From a virus (taxonomy: Duplodnaviria; Caudoviricetes): 61,369 bases of DNA. Under the pieces are notes generated by a model. That model did not search any database. It was not told the origin of the DNA and was given only the letters and a program-made list of their open reading frames with translations. The stretch is taken from IMG/VR virus record IMGVR_UViG_3300045912_000939, positions 1-61,369 of that record; one strand, given 5' to 3'. This document shows positions 10,011 to 18,968 of this stretch, piece after piece (positions within the stretch are counted from its first letter, which is position 1; each line of letters opens with the position of its first letter). The translations under genes and the position numbers were made by a program.

Positions 10011-10430
10011 TCAGTCCGTAGGACTGTTCTGAGACTGCAAGTAGCGTTTTATGACCTCGATAGGCGCGCCACCTGTTGAGAGGATGCAGTAGGAACCCGA
10101 CCACAGCACAGGCTTGGAGTAGAACCGCGCTAGGTGCTCGCGGTGGTCCCGCCTTAGAAGGCGACTCGTCACGGTCTTGAGGTTGTTGACGAACTTGGCT
10201 AGCTCCATGCTTGGGTGACCCTCGAAGAGGATGTGTACGTGGTCGGCCTCTCCCGAAAACTCCACTAGCTCTCCGCCCCAACGCTCGCAGAGCCTTGCAG
10301 CGATGCCTTTGAGGTCGCCCAGCATCGCCGCTGTCAAGGCTTTGCGACGGTACTTGCAAACCAGAACCAAGTGATAGCTGAGCCTGTAAACGCTGTGCGA
10401 GTGGGCTTTTAGGTTTGCTTTTGTAGCCAT
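10011..10430 (-). CDS. tnpA: Y1 HUH transposase
   Basis: YHLVLVCKYRR, DHVHIL (HUH), LWSGSY, IKRYLQSQ. Confidence 0.95.
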   Translation of the reverse strand: MATKANLKAHSHSVYRLSYHLVLVCKYRRKALTAAMLGDLKGIAARLCERWGGELVEFSGEADHVHILFEGHPSMELAKFVNNLKTVTSRLLRRDHREHLARFYSKPVLWSGSYCILSTGGAPIEVIKRYLQSQNSPTD

Positions 10431-10449
10431 AACCAAGTATACTAGAGAG

Positions 10450-11670
10450 GTGCTTGTGACGCGCAGAGTCGAGTTCAAGGTGTACCCCAACGCCGCCCAA
10501 CGTGAGCAGCTTGAGGTGTGGACGGTGTTGCACGCTCGGCTCTACAACGCCTGTTTGGAGCAGCGCATCACGCACTATCGTCAGCACAAGGGCTCGGTAA
10601 GCTACTACGACCAGCAGAACGAGTTGCCCGCCCTTAAAGCCGAGTTTCCCGAGTACACCCCCTTGGGCTCGCACGCCCTCCAAGAGACGGTGAGGCGAGT
10701 GGACAGGGCGTTTCAGGCGTTCTTCCGGCGCGTCAAAGCTGGCCAAACGCCGGGATTCCCCCGCTTCAAATCGGCGCGGCGCTTTAAGGGCTTCACCTAC
10801 CCCGACCCCGCCGGGTGGAAGTTCGCCCTTGGACAGAACGGCAAGCACGGGGCGCTCTCTATCTCCAACCTCGGCACCCTCAAACTGAGAGGCAAGCCGC
10901 GTCAGTGGGGCAAGCCGACCACCTTGACGCTGACCCGTAAGAGCACGGGGGAGTGGTTTGCGTCCATCACGGTGCGGTGCATCCCCAAGCGCGAAGCAGG
11001 ACCGCACGCGGTCGGCGTGGACTTGGGGTGCGAGACGGCTATCAGCCTTTCGGACGGCGGCACTATCGAGAACCCGCGCCACCTCAAGGAGTCGCTGCAA
11101 AAGCTCAAGGTGCTGCAAAGGAGGATGGCGAAGCGCAAGCGGGGCGGCGCTAACCGAGAGAAGGCGCGTCTTGCCGTTGCCAAGCTGTACGCCAAGGTAG
11201 CGAATCAACGCAAACACTTTCAGCACTTTGAGACGGCGAAGCTCGTCCAGACCTACGGGCTCATCGCTACCGAAACGCTTCAAGTCAAGAACATGACCGC
11301 CAAGGGCGGTGCGTACAAAAAGGGCCTTAACCGCTCCATTCTGGATGTGGGCATGGCGACCATTAAGCAGATGCTCAGCTACAAAGTCGAAGAAACTGGT
11401 GGCTATGGGCGACTGGTAGAGGTCCCGACCCGCAAGGTTAAACCCTCACAGACGTGTCCCGCGTGTGGTCATCAACATAAGAAGCTCCTTTCGGAGCGCA
11501 CACACGTCTGTGAGCAGTGCGGATACACCGCGCCGCGTGACGTGGCGGCTGCCCAAGTCATGCTTGCTTGGGCGCTTAACGAGTTGGGAACCGACTCGCT
11601 GGCGAGTCCCTGTAGTTTGGGGATGACGACCCAGGAAACTACCCCCATAGCCGTCAGGCTTGGGGCGTAG
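10450..11670 (+). CDS. tnpB: RNA-guided endonuclease TnpB
   Basis: RuvC residues VGVDLG, IATETL, RDVAAA; zinc finger CPAC...CEQC. Confidence 0.95.
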   Translation: MLVTRRVEFKVYPNAAQREQLEVWTVLHARLYNACLEQRITHYRQHKGSVSYYDQQNELPALKAEFPEYTPLGSHALQETVRRVDRAFQAFFRRVKAGQTPGFPRFKSARRFKGFTYPDPAGWKFALGQNGKHGALSISNLGTLKLRGKPRQWGKPTTLTLTRKSTGEWFASITVRCIPKREAGPHAVGVDLGCETAISLSDGGTIENPRHLKESLQKLKVLQRRMAKRKRGGANREKARLAVAKLYAKVANQRKHFQHFETAKLVQTYGLIATETLQVKNMTAKGGAYKKGLNRSILDVGMATIKQMLSYKVEETGGYGRLVEVPTRKVKPSQTCPACGHQHKKLLSERTHVCEQCGYTAPRDVAAAQVMLAWALNELGTDSLASPCSLGMTTQETTPIAVRLGA

Positions 11671-11678
11671 TAGTTCAT

Positions 11679-12044
11679 AAGCGCCGGATGTTCCACCCGG
11701 ACCAGGGCGGGCCGGAGGTCGACATCCTGGTGATGTCCGACGCCGGCGCCGTCGGGATGAACCTGCAACGCGGCCGCTGGCTGGTCAACTATGACGTGCC
11801 CCTGACTTACAAGACCCTCGCGCAGCGCAACGCCCGTATCGACCGCATCGGCCAACGGCACGATGTCGAGGTGCACAACCTCGTCACCGACAGCAAGTTC
11901 GACAAGGATGCGGTGCGGCGCGTGCAGCGCAAGGGATTGCTGCAAGACATCTTCGAGAGCGACTGGGAGTCGATGGACGACAGCGGCCTGGCCAAGTCCA
12001 TCGCGCTGGCTCGATCCGCGCGCAACGAGCTGCTGGCGGCGTAG
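11679..12044 (+). pseudogene. C-terminal remnant of SNF2-family helicase
   Basis: SDAGAVGMNLQ, QRNARIDRIGQ (motifs V, VI); N-terminal ATPase absent, truncated at IS right end. Confidence 0.8.
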
Positions 12045-12067
12045 GCTACTGGCGAAAATCGCCAGTT

Positions 12068-12145
12068 CATCCGCTCGCTCCCATTCGCCACGCTCAGGGC
12101 AAGCCGCTCAGGCTTCGCCCTGAGGGCTCAGCCCGAAGGGACAAG
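12068..12145 (+). repeat. REP-like palindromic element (composite copy)
   Basis: CATCCGCT..GCTCCCATTCGC..GCTCAGGCTTC..TCAGCCCGAAGGGACAAG shared with 25354-25418. Confidence 0.75.
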
Positions 12146-12147
12146 AC

Positions 12148-12170
12148 TGTCCCCACCCTCGCGCCACGGT
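12148..12170 (+). promoter_or_regulatory. Late-promoter motif (TGTCCC variant), leaderless GTG 12177
   Basis: TGTCCC-N11-CACGGT-N6-GTG. Confidence 0.6.
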
Positions 12171-12176
12171 AGACCG

Positions 12177-12968
12177 GTGAGCACTGCCCAGCGACTCATG
12201 GCGGAACTTCTCGGCCTGCATGCCGCCACCCTTCGCACCGACCGCATGCTGGCCGGGGTTGCCGACAAAATTCACGATCACCACGCGAACCGCGCCGACG
12301 TCCTGGCCAAGAGGATCGGCGCGCCAGGCGCACGCGGCGACGACCTCGAAGAGGATTACCTCGAGTCGCTCTTCGAGCGCGATATCGCCGCCCGCTATGT
12401 GACGCCGAGCGAAGGCGCTGAGCTTGTCAGCAAGGCCCACTACGAACGCGTTTGGAAGCGGCGCCGCGATGGTGTGGAACAACGCTATCGAGTTAAGATG
12501 CTCGACGTGGAGGAGATAAATGACCGCATCTCCATAGGCACGCAAGTGCGGGTACGTACAAGGGACGGACGACCGCGGTTGCTTACCAAGGTGGCCGATT
12601 TGCATCCCACTATCGTCGAACTCGCCGGCGCCAGGACTCGTGGCGTTTGGTACGACCAAGAAGCCTTGGATATCGACCGCGACAAGCACGGGGCCATCCT
12701 CAAAAATCCCCTACTCATCGTGCGCCGTATGCTCGAGGAGTTGTCGCCCGAGACCTCGATTATTCAAACGAACGACGTTCCCGAGGTGCTGCGATTCTAC
12801 CGTACGCTAAATAGCCTTGGCGATCTGGTAGCGCAGCATCGTCGGCTCAACTACGTCTATCTTGTCGTGGCCTTTAACCTACCTGGTGGACGACACGCAT
12901 ACAATTTCGTGAAGAGCCTGTACTACAAGCGTGCTATAATGCAAGACAGGAGGAGGTTATGGCCCTAA
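12177..12968 (+). CDS. Putative head-packaged protein with C-terminal BECR/RelE-like nuclease domain
   Basis: Late motif upstream; VSKA motif; C-terminal RFYRTL...YVYLVVAF...FVKSLY beta pattern. Confidence 0.5.
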   Translation: MSTAQRLMAELLGLHAATLRTDRMLAGVADKIHDHHANRADVLAKRIGAPGARGDDLEEDYLESLFERDIAARYVTPSEGAELVSKAHYERVWKRRRDGVEQRYRVKMLDVEEINDRISIGTQVRVRTRDGRPRLLTKVADLHPTIVELAGARTRGVWYDQEALDIDRDKHGAILKNPLLIVRRMLEELSPETSIIQTNDVPEVLRFYRTLNSLGDLVAQHRRLNYVYLVVAFNLPGGRHAYNFVKSLYYKRAIMQDRRRLWP

Positions 12969-13288
12969 CTGGCACCATCAGACGCTCGGACGGCATCGAT
13001 GGCGGGCGGATCGTCGTCGTCACCCGGCGTCTTGAAAACACGTATGCCGCCGACGATACCGACTACATCTCGGGCCTTGTGCAAGTGTTGCGCGACCTCG
13101 ACTCCGACGAATTCGTAGCGATCGCGCACGATGCGCCTCATCTCATCCCCAAGCATTATGGGGCGCTGCGGGCACTGGACTTGCCGCATCTGGACGTGGC
13201 GGAAGCAGAATTGCGCGACGCCCACCCCGCCGACGTGCTCAAGTGGGCGTACGAGCGCTACCTCGCTGCCGAAACCGTCGAGGCCTAA
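12959..13288 (+). CDS. Small acidic protein, putative immunity/antitoxin
   Basis: AGGAGG RBS within upstream gene, overlapping, acidic. Confidence 0.55.
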   Translation: MALTGTIRRSDGIDGGRIVVVTRRLENTYAADDTDYISGLVQVLRDLDSDEFVAIAHDAPHLIPKHYGALRALDLPHLDVAEAELRDAHPADVLKWAYERYLAAETVEA

Positions 13289-13450
13289 CACTTCCTTTCA
13301 TAGGCGCTTACCCATGAATGAATGACTGAGGCGCAGGTAGCCAAGAAGCTACGCGACCACAAAAGATAGCCGCCGTTCGGGGCGGATCTCCCGAATCCCT
13401 AGCGCGCAGAAGGGCTCAGCCTTCAGATCCTCTAGGAGTCCTATTCCACC

Positions 13451-13787
13451 TTACGGTGGAAGTCCGGCGACCGCTCTTAGTCTAGCAAAAACCCGGCCAC
13501 GATTGGATGCCCAGTACGCCACCGCACCCCACGGGCCCTGGTAGCCGTCGCCCCCTGGCAGCGCGTCCTCCCAGGCCTCCTCAGCCGCGACTTGCGCTTC
13601 GCCTTCGGCGTCGTTGCGCAACACGAGCAAAGGATCGTCCTTGCCGCGGCTCATGGTCTCGAGGCGGATGAGGGCCTTGGCCAGCGGGTTGGAGATCGCT
13701 TCAGCCTTCAGGCTCCCCGTCAGCTTGACCGCTTGGTACCACAGCTTCAGCTTCGCCAGACTCTCGCTCTCGAACAGGCTCTCGAAA
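13451..13787 (-). CDS. Tail assembly chaperone extension (probable frameshift product)
   Basis: Open frame overlapping chaperone 3' end without good start; TTT CGA at 13782-13787. Confidence 0.5.
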
Positions 13788-14183
13788 CGTTTTCTTCCAC
13801 TGGACGAAGGCTTGATGCACGTCCAGGACCAACTCCTCATCGCCTTCCCCGAGAGCGCCGGGAGCCAGAATCGGCCTGCCGGATTCCGAGGTGATGTACC
13901 AGCCTTTGGGCGCCGTTTTGATCACGTGCTCGAGCGTCGCAATGGCCGCCACAAAAAGCCTCGCGCGCAGCGGCAGGTCGTCGACGTGCAGGTTGCTGAT
14001 GCGCCCTTGGCGCACCAGCTCGGTCATGCGCGCGCCGATGGCGACCTCGTCGAACGAGGTGGGGTACTTGAAGGTGACTTCGCCATTCAGCGCGGGGTTG
14101 CGGGCGGCCGTGACGGTGTAGCGGCCGACGCTCGGCGTCGCCGTCGGCGGCTGGTAGTCGCCGGGCTCTGCGGGTTCGTACAT
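13701..14183 (-). CDS. Tail assembly chaperone
   Basis: After tube, TAATG coupling; GEVTFKYPT, IATLEHVIKTAPKGW. Confidence 0.75.
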   Translation of the reverse strand: MYEPAEPGDYQPPTATPSVGRYTVTAARNPALNGEVTFKYPTSFDEVAIGARMTELVRQGRISNLHVDDLPLRARLFVAAIATLEHVIKTAPKGWYITSESGRPILAPGALGEGDEELVLDVHQAFVQWKKTFREPVRERESGEAEAVVPSGQADGEPEG

Positions 14184-14629
14184 TACGCCGCGGTCGCCTG
14201 GCTCGAGCGGCCAGCAGCTGCCGGGCGGATGTTCAGCGCCATCAGCTGCACATTCTTGTTGACGCGCTGGTTCAAGGGGATGGTGACGCTGTCGCCGACC
14301 GGCTCGCAGCCGCTCGCGATCATCAGCGTGCCGGTGTCGCGGTCGATGAATTCGATGTCGAACGGCTCGACGTCGCCCAGGGTCGCGCCCAGCTTGTTGA
14401 CCACCGCGTTGCCGGCGCGGCGGCGCAGAATCAAGCTGGTGGCCGTCGCGCGGTACGAGCCGCGGTTGTGGTTGATCTCGACGGGATTGAACTCGCCCAG
14501 CTCGTAGACGTAGTCGGCGCCGGTGTCGCGCGTGAACTGAAGGTTTTGCAGCCGCCCGATCTTTTGCCCGGCGAACTTGACGTCGCCGTGGTTGGCGTGG
14601 AGCGTCTCCGCGTTGCGAATCGTTGCCAT
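14183..14629 (-). CDS. Tail tube protein
   Basis: 148 aa after sheath; IGRLQNL, VYELGEFNPVEI. Confidence 0.85.
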   Translation of the reverse strand: MATIRNAETLHANHGDVKFAGQKIGRLQNLQFTRDTGADYVYELGEFNPVEINHNRGSYRATATSLILRRRAGNAVVNKLGATLGDVEPFDIEFIDRDTGTLMIASGCEPVGDSVTIPLNQRVNKNVQLMALNIRPAAAGRSSQATAA

Positions 14630-14640
14630 CTACGTCTCCT

Positions 14641-16368
14641 TTACGCCGCCAACTGGATGGTGGTCGGCACGAGTAGCGCGGTGTGCCGGATGAAACCGAT
14701 GCGCCCGACGGCGTTCGCCTCGAAGTCGATGGCAACCAACTCCACACCGTCGAATACCGCCAGGATCGCGCCGACGCCGCTCAGCACCCCTTCGGGGTTC
14801 TGGCCGCCACGCACTTCCTCGCGCAGCGCGCGCTCGGTGGCGTTCAGGATCGACTCGACGGTGGAGGCGTCGCCCACCCCGCCCACGAACGGCTTGGTGT
14901 AACGGCGGATCTTGCGCACCAGATAGTGGCGCAAGTCCACCCCGAAGCGCAAGCGGTGCATGATGTTGCTGTCGCGCTGCCAGCTCGTCACGTCGTCGGC
15001 GATGCGGAAGACGCCGTCCTCGTCGTCGTAGAAGACGGCCAGCGCGCCGGCTTTGATGAAGGCGCCGATCTCCTGGCGGTCGTACTCGAAGACGGTGCCT
15101 GCCACCCGCAGCGTCTTGTAGGTGAGGTCTATCTCCGGCCGCACGCCGCACGCCATCCCCAGGATCATGGCCGCCGTCTCGTTGGGGGAGAGGTCTTCGA
15201 TGCGGCCGGTGCGGAGGTTGCGGCGCCTCAGCGGCGTGCCGACCACGGTGGCGAGCTCGGACTGCAGCTCGCGCGCCAGCGCCTCTGCCGCCGTTTGCTG
15301 CGCCGCCTTGTTGGCCTCGAGCGCAGGGCCGCAGTAGACGCGGCGCTCGTTTTGCTCGACCGGATGCGACATGAGCGTGCAATGTTGCTCGGCCATGGCG
15401 TGTACCGCCGGGTCGGTGGACTCCACGTAGACCGCTTGCACGTCACGGCTCTGCAGCGCCTGGAAGGCCGCTTCGTAATCCGCGAGCACGACCGGGTCGC
15501 CCTCGCTCCCGCCCGAGAAATACAGCCAACCTTCGTCCGTGCCCGTCGCGGCCGACGCGACCGGCTCGCCGCGGGCGATCTCGCTCCCCTCGAGCCAGGC
15601 GACTTGCGCTGCCGCGCCGAGGTCGAGCACCGCCTTGTTGCTCGTCACGGTTACCGTGCCGTCGGGCAACAGCGAGGGATCGAAGGTGTGATGGCTATGC
15701 AGGACGGTGCCCGCCCAGGCGCTCGTGCCGTTCAGGAACGCCGCTAGGTCGGCGAAGGTGCGAATACCGCCCTCGCCGAGCGCAAGCGCGTAGTTCTCGC
15801 TCGCGTTCTCGCCAGTGAGGATCAGCGTCTTCTGCCCGTTGGTCGTGGTCACCTCGACGGATGGGCTGACGCCACCACCCAGATACTCGACCTCCAAGGC
15901 CGGGCCGAGCGGCGGGCTCTCCTCGAACAGGTCGGCGGCGGCGTCCTCGAGCTTGAGCACCGCCGCCCCACCCGACACGCTGTCGCGGCGAGCGCGAACG
16001 CCGTTCCCGGCGATGCCCGCGTGCGTCGGCAGCAGCGTGAGGAGCAGGTCGCCAAGGTCGAGCGTGGCGCGCGTGGCGTTGTTGATGCGGTAGTAATCGC
16101 ACTCCCCGAGGCCCGGCACGTCCGGACTCGGGTTCACCGCGAAATCCAACGCCTTGAGGCCCTTGCCACCCTTGAGGATGCGCGCGTAGTTCTCCGGCGT
16201 GAGCCGCACGAACTCGCGCGGCGGCCCACCGAGCGAGGTGGCGATGACCGCAGCGCGCTTGAGCAGGGGAGGGCGCGGTTGGTTGAAGCCGTCCGTGCGG
16301 GTGACGGCCACCACGCCGGGGATCACCATCTGCCGGCCAGAAACGACGATTCCGACATCTTCGGGCAT
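14641..16368 (-). CDS. Contractile tail sheath protein
   Basis: 575 aa; IPGV N-terminus, LTYKTL, FRIADDVTSW. Confidence 0.9.
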   Translation of the reverse strand: MPEDVGIVVSGRQMVIPGVVAVTRTDGFNQPRPPLLKRAAVIATSLGGPPREFVRLTPENYARILKGGKGLKALDFAVNPSPDVPGLGECDYYRINNATRATLDLGDLLLTLLPTHAGIAGNGVRARRDSVSGGAAVLKLEDAAADLFEESPPLGPALEVEYLGGGVSPSVEVTTTNGQKTLILTGENASENYALALGEGGIRTFADLAAFLNGTSAWAGTVLHSHHTFDPSLLPDGTVTVTSNKAVLDLGAAAQVAWLEGSEIARGEPVASAATGTDEGWLYFSGGSEGDPVVLADYEAAFQALQSRDVQAVYVESTDPAVHAMAEQHCTLMSHPVEQNERRVYCGPALEANKAAQQTAAEALARELQSELATVVGTPLRRRNLRTGRIEDLSPNETAAMILGMACGVRPEIDLTYKTLRVAGTVFEYDRQEIGAFIKAGALAVFYDDEDGVFRIADDVTSWQRDSNIMHRLRFGVDLRHYLVRKIRRYTKPFVGGVGDASTVESILNATERALREEVRGGQNPEGVLSGVGAILAVFDGVELVAIDFEANAVGRIGFIRHTALLVPTTIQLAA

Positions 16369-16369
16369 G

Positions 16370-16588
16370 CTACACCTTCACTTTCTTCAGGCCGTCGAGC
16401 TTAGTCTGCCACTCCTTCGCCGTGAACCGCGCGGCGGCGCCATGCCGCACCTGCAAAGCGCGCACCAGCGTAGCCGACACGCCCTCGCGCGCGGCCCACT
16501 CCGCCAGCGGCAAGCGACGCTCGGCCTTCGCCTTGGCCACACTCTCGCCTTCGGGATCGGGCGATGCCGGGGACTTGTTCTTGGCCAT
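16370..16588 (-). CDS. Small pre-sheath protein
   Basis: AGGAGG RBS, late motif upstream. Confidence 0.7.
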   Translation of the reverse strand: MAKNKSPASPDPEGESVAKAKAERRLPLAEWAAREGVSATLVRALQVRHGAAARFTAKEWQTKLDGLKKVKV

Positions 16589-16604
16589 CGTGCCTCCTGC
16601 CCCA

Positions 16605-16627
16605 AGCCTGCTGGCGGCGTGGGGTCA
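16605..16627 (-). promoter_or_regulatory. Late-promoter motif
   Basis: TGACCC-N11-CAGGCT; TGA is also the upstream stop. Confidence 0.75.
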
Positions 16628-17494
16628 GAGGGTGACGCGCCAGGCGAAGGTCACGTTACCCAAGTCGAACGGGTGCGTGCGCTCGATATACGCGTCCACG
16701 ATGCCGTCCAGCGTGATCTCGCGCGTGTAGTAAAGCGCGTCGCCCAGGTCGGCCATGTTATCGCGTGCGCTCATGCCGAGCTCGTCCCAGCCCAACTCGC
16801 CGAACAGCTCGAGGTCGCCTAAGAAGCGCATCATGAAGTAGTCGCCAAGCTCGTCGCGCTGCGCGGGCGTCCGTGCGAGGAGGCGCGCCTCGGCGATGCC
16901 GCGGAAGGTCGCGGTGCGCGCGCTGCCGTCGCCGTCGTCCTCGCTGCCGAGGTGGATGTCGGCGAGCACGTAGCGCTCGGCGATCTGCAACAGCGGCGGC
17001 CCCTGACGGTGAAGCGCTTCGTCCTTGAGAACGAACACCCCTCTCGGGGCAGCGTGGTAGCGCGCGCGCTGATAGACGAGATCCTTGACCTGCAGCGCCA
17101 TGTAGGCATGGAGCGACCGCTGCGGGGTGACCTTGACCATCACACTCTCGCCATAGCTCGAGCCGTGCTTCGGCCACAGGTAGTAGTCCCAAGCGTGCCC
17201 GTCGATCAGGTTGGCCGCGTCGTCGAAGCGATCCCCGAACGCCTGAAGATCCCAGATCTCGCCGCGCTCGAGCGTGCCTTCCAGGTTACGCGCGAAACGG
17301 TACGACGGCTCGCCAGCACGCGGTGGGCCATCCCAGACCAGATGCGCGCTCTCGTCCTCCGGCCCACCGACCGGCGTGCCCTCCGGCACCCTGAGCACCC
17401 GGACGTGCGGGTAGCCCTTCGGCATCCCGAACGAGATGCGAACGGCCCCGCCCTCGGCTCGAGCGGTGGTGGTGATGTGGGAGAGCGTGGGCAT
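16625..17494 (-). CDS. Probable neck/tail-terminator protein
   Basis: Position upstream of sheath; phage-like codon usage. Confidence 0.6.
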   Translation of the reverse strand: MPTLSHITTTARAEGGAVRISFGMPKGYPHVRVLRVPEGTPVGGPEDESAHLVWDGPPRAGEPSYRFARNLEGTLERGEIWDLQAFGDRFDDAANLIDGHAWDYYLWPKHGSSYGESVMVKVTPQRSLHAYMALQVKDLVYQRARYHAAPRGVFVLKDEALHRQGPPLLQIAERYVLADIHLGSEDDGDGSARTATFRGIAEARLLARTPAQRDELGDYFMMRFLGDLELFGELGWDELGMSARDNMADLGDALYYTREITLDGIVDAYIERTHPFDLGNVTFAWRVTL

Positions 17495-17495
17495 C

Positions 17496-18968
17496 TTACA
17501 ATTGCTTGATCGTGGCCTCCAGCAAGAACGCCACGGGTATCGAGATGCGTTTGGGATTGTTGCTCGTCCCGTGCAGTTGCGCGTAGACCCCCTCCGCCAT
17601 TTGCGCCAGCCTGTCGGCATGGGTGCCATCGTCATGCCACGGCATAACGCAGAAATAGTGCGAGTCGCCCAACCGCGAGCGTGTCGTGCGAGACCAGTAC
17701 TGCCCGCTATGCGTCTTGTGCTGCCCAATGCCCTCGATAACTCTCTCGGTGCCGTCCCAAAAGTCCACGAGACGGTCGGTCTCGTAACCGCTCATGCTCG
17801 AGCCGCCCTCCCAAGTGCTATGCACGGGCAAGCCCATATCCAGGGCGTTGTCGGCTATCGAGTGGTGCATCCGGCGCATGATTTCGTCATCGGCAAACCG
17901 ATACCAGTTGGTCAGCTTCATGATGGTCAAAAAGCAGACGTCCTCGCGGAAGTAGGCCATAGGACGAGCGTATTTTGAAGAGTGGCCTGGGTTGTCCGGC
18001 CAGCCGTGCATCCCACGGCCCATCACGTACCCTGGCCGTCCCAAATCCGTAGGTAGCTTGCGAAGCCAAGTGTCCATGTAAAAATCGGTGAGGTACTTGG
18101 CGGCGTCCTCGTACTTCTGTTCCCCCGAAAACAGCCACAGAAAGTAATTGGTCGAGAAGGCCGTGCCACCATCAGCCGTGTGCGAGTTTCTAGCAGGAGC
18201 CTCGAACGGTTTCAGCCCCCATGCTCCCCCAGGCGTCCCCTCCCGCTCATTCCACTTCCACAGCTGGTGGTTGAACACCAGGTTATGCCAGTATTCATAC
18301 CTGTCTGCCCCCGTGGTTTCGGTTTTGGCCGCAATCGGCGCACGGTTTATGTTCGGATCGGTTTCTTTGGCGGGCCGCACGTAGCTCGTGACGGGTTGAT
18401 CGGGATTCTGCCTGTAGACCTCGGCCAGCAAGCAGAACAGCCACATGTACCTGGCCTCGCTGTGCGCGTAATCGCGGTCGGTGCCAAGGTAGTGATTCGA
18501 GATGCCTCCGCCCTTATGGACGGCGATGAGCGTTTTGATGCCTGGCTCTCCGAGGTCGTGTTCGCCGTCGCTCCAGGTGTTGTTCCCCAGCGCGTCGGCG
18601 TCACGGAAGCCGCCAACGTCTAACGAGCCCTGCCGTATGGCCTGCCCTAATTTGTCTATCTCATCGAAGAAAAACTGGCTTCCCGTACAGTGGAGAATAA
18701 GCATGAAGTCCACCAAAGGTTCCCTTAGATGGGAGTGGTGGCGTTGGTTGTCGTTGTGGGCTGCCCCGATATAATCCCACGCGATGTTGCCCGTACTGAC
18801 CGAGTTGTAGGCGCGGTCGTAGTGGAACTGCTGAGTGGAACTCAGAGATACAGACCGCACCTGTAAGTTCAGTCCCCCGTCAGGCGGTGGAGGCGGCGGT
18901 GGAGGCGGTGGCTCAGGCTCCAGGACTAGCCCACGCCCTAGTAACAGTCCCCGCTTGACTTTGCTCAT
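17496..18968 (-). CDS. Virion appendage protein with poly-Pro linker, possible carbohydrate-active domain
   Basis: EPEPPPPPPPPPPD linker; W/Y/H-rich body; lower GC. Confidence 0.55.
   Translation of the reverse strand: MSKVKRGLLLGRGLVLEPEPPPPPPPPPPDGGLNLQVRSVSLSSTQQFHYDRAYNSVSTGNIAWDYIGAAHNDNQRHHSHLREPLVDFMLILHCTGSQFFFDEIDKLGQAIRQGSLDVGGFRDADALGNNTWSDGEHDLGEPGIKTLIAVHKGGGISNHYLGTDRDYAHSEARYMWLFCLLAEVYRQNPDQPVTSYVRPAKETDPNINRAPIAAKTETTGADRYEYWHNLVFNHQLWKWNEREGTPGGAWGLKPFEAPARNSHTADGGTAFSTNYFLWLFSGEQKYEDAAKYLTDFYMDTWLRKLPTDLGRPGYVMGRGMHGWPDNPGHSSKYARPMAYFREDVCFLTIMKLTNWYRFADDEIMRRMHHSIADNALDMGLPVHSTWEGGSSMSGYETDRLVDFWDGTERVIEGIGQHKTHSGQYWSRTTRSRLGDSHYFCVMPWHDDGTHADRLAQMAEGVYAQLHGTSNNPKRISIPVAFLLEATIKQL

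Larger units (their letters stand above)
9955..11677. mobile_element. IS200/IS605-family element (divergent tnpA, tnpB)
   Basis: Left-end hairpin CCCCTACCTTGGGCGTAGCCCAGGTGGGG after TTGAA; right end ...GGGGCGTAGTAGTTCA; ends approximate by 1-2 nt. Confidence 0.85.

Noticed and set aside
10450-11670. TnpB as nuclease-dead or domesticated regulator
   Set aside because: All three RuvC acidic residues present, with tnpA and IS ends intact
18885-18915. GGCGGTGGA repeats as a DNA element
   Set aside because: Encodes the poly-proline linker
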